A stretch of DNA of 63,500 nt, filler included, from Chiloscyllium plagiosum (Eukaryota), in the NCBI RefSeq assembly GCF_004010195.1. It is 7 parts of 7 records of this genome, joined end to end, with 100 filler letters (N's around TTAATTAATTAA, not from the genome) between each part and the next. Parts side by side here need not be neighbours in the genome. Positions count along the whole stretch, not along the records: positions 57,134 to 63,500 come from NW_025200148.1; 6 more parts are not named here. The stretch is one strand, 5' to 3'. Below the pieces are notes generated by a model. The model saw only the letters and a list, made by a program, of their open reading frames with translations, ran no database searches and was not told the origin of the DNA. Shown piece after piece: positions 61,474-63,500 of this stretch; position 1 is the stretch's first letter; every line of letters begins with the position of its first letter. Both the position numbers and the translations under genes were made by a program.

Positions 61474-63500
61474 GTTTGCTGAGATATCACGTTGAACATG
61501 AACAGAACTGGACGAAATTCAAATTGTTTTCGTGAAGAGTTGGGAACAATTGAGTAATTTCCGGATCTCTGCTCATTGGTTCATTACTGGCAAAGACATC
61601 AGGTGACAGCCAGGGAACTTGGAGCTGTTTCATTCTTCAATTGGACCACTTTTAAGCTCGTGGGATCCTCAATTCATGCCATGACTTTGAACAAGATTCT
61701 GAAAAACGGTTATTGATATGGCACTGAAACGTTGATTTTGATTTTTTTCTTCACGGATACTACCAGGCTGGCTGAGTTTCTCCAGGAAATTTCACTTTTC
61801 TTTCAGGTATCTAGTAAATGCAGTTCTTTGTTACTTGTTTGAACAACAAAGTCAATTCATTCACCTGACAACACGGCGACGGACAAGAGTTCAAAACAAA
61901 TGTTGTCCCAAACCGATCATTATTTCTGCAGGCAACGTTAGAAAAGTAAAGTAGTTCATGTTGTTTGACAATCAGAACTGGTATTCGCCAGTTGCTCTCT
62001 AACGATGAGAGTTCCCTGCAACTGATATGGAAGGCCAATGGGTCAGAGAGATTTGGAATAAAATAACTAGATAAATAAATCATTGAGAAAACTTCAGCGT
62101 ATGTAATGGCAGAATCAAATGCTGTTTTCTTGGCATTTTGGTGGCAAACTCCATTGGCTGCAATGGTAATTCAGTGGTTAGCAAGGCCTGTCGCACTGCA
62201 CTTGTGTCACAACTTCTATTCCAATTTCGGGTGAACAATCTTTGGAGAGTACACATTCTTGCCCACAGTTCAATGATGTGCAAGCTATGTGGATGAACCG
62301 TGGGAAATGCTTGGTTAATGGAATGGGACAGGATAGGGTGCATGCTTTTCCGTGGGTGGGGTTGGTTTCCATAAGCTGCATGACCTGCTTTCATACTGTA
62401 GAGCTTATATATTGTCAAAAGCTGATTGCGTTTAACTTTACCTTTAGTCATCGCAAATGAAACTTATGTTTCTATGTCAAATGCGGTGTGTCCAAACGCT
62501 TGCTCGCCGTCATATTGTCAGGCACTATTAGATGTAAATATCACCATTATCACGAGCACCCATACAAGGACAACTGATCCATTTTAGAAAATGTTGCCGT
62601 GCAAACTTCTTCATGTGAATGGGAATGGTGAAAGACCAGAGATACAAATTAACACACCATCTAAATCCTGACTAAAGTGAACGTACAACTGACAAGCTTA
62701 CAGATGACACAAAAGTAAGTGGGACGGCAAGTGGTGACGGTGACTCAAAGAACCCATAATTAGACAAAGACGGAGATGATAACAGTGTGTGTGAGTATAG
62801 CACTCTCTGGTGGATCGGTATGAAATTTGCAATGCCTTAAAATGAACAATTTCTGGAAGGGCAATAACAGATGATGAATTTTCAGGGCCTGTTCTCGAGA
62901 TGATTGGATTGCATAACCATTGATGTCAAAGGATGGGCAATCATAATGCCTTCACGTTTCACTGAATTATGATTTAAACTGTTATTTACATGCTGCGTCA
63001 TATGCTCATTGTTTTGCACTTTCTTGCCATTCTCCTTCAATGCTTTCTCACGATAATGGCGGAGGTGAAACGGAAATCAATTGGTATGTTTTCAAAAAAA
63101 CAACCTTTGATATCATTTCGAGGAAAGATATTGCCAGTGTTCCCTGGTGCACATTTGTCTCCAGACCTGACAAAGTGGCTGATGCTTAACCGACCTCCGA
63201 ATATATTTTGTAATGCACAAAATTCAAGGGGAAATTAAGGAAGGGAAAATATTGCCTTTACCAGTGATAAATTCTGGAGATTTCTGGGATATTGCTTTTC
63301 CTCTGAGGTTGATCACGTGAACCGCTCGTTCCAGGTGAAACCATTGAAAACAGAACTCACTCTGCAATATATTGTTCCTCTCAGAGACGCAGAATTGAAA
63401 TGGTTCACAATTCGATCGTACATCTTCAATCAAAACTTTAGTATTTATAAATATATTCTAGAAATGTATTGATGCTGCCAGTTTAGGGAATGAAAAATAA

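Overview
Eukaryotic, repeat-rich DNA from a cartilaginous fish. This is an inference from shark-type Ig/TCR exons and HE1-type SINE/CR1 repeats; it is probably a shark. The window is not one contiguous locus. Six artificial 100-nt spacers (44 N + TTAATTAATTAA + 44 N) split it into seven contigs, and each contig carries an immune-receptor gene piece. (1) A pseudogenised kappa-type (NS4) Ig light-chain leader-V-12RSS / RSS-J unit. (2) An intact kappa-type CL exon. (3) An IgM Cmu1 exon. (4) A minus-strand Siglec-15-like receptor with an unusual V-V-C2-TM(Lys) layout. (5) The end of IgM Cmu3 plus Cmu4 with the secretory tailpiece. (6) A second CL exon. (7) An apparently functional TCR alpha/delta V segment with leader and 23-RSS. 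The rest is CR1/L2/Rex1-type LINE fragments, tRNA-derived SINEs, a solo LTR and Penelope-like elements. Many of the Penelope-like remnants carry minimal hammerhead-ribozyme motifs, often as head-to-head palindromes. The most interesting items are the two-V-domain Siglec-15-like receptor (the essential Arg is present only in the second V domain), the hammerhead-bearing palindromes, a gene-conversion-like tract between the two CL exons, and a CTCF motif near the TCR V. Family assignments come from motif recognition and recalled sequences, not database searches. Repeat boundaries are approximate.
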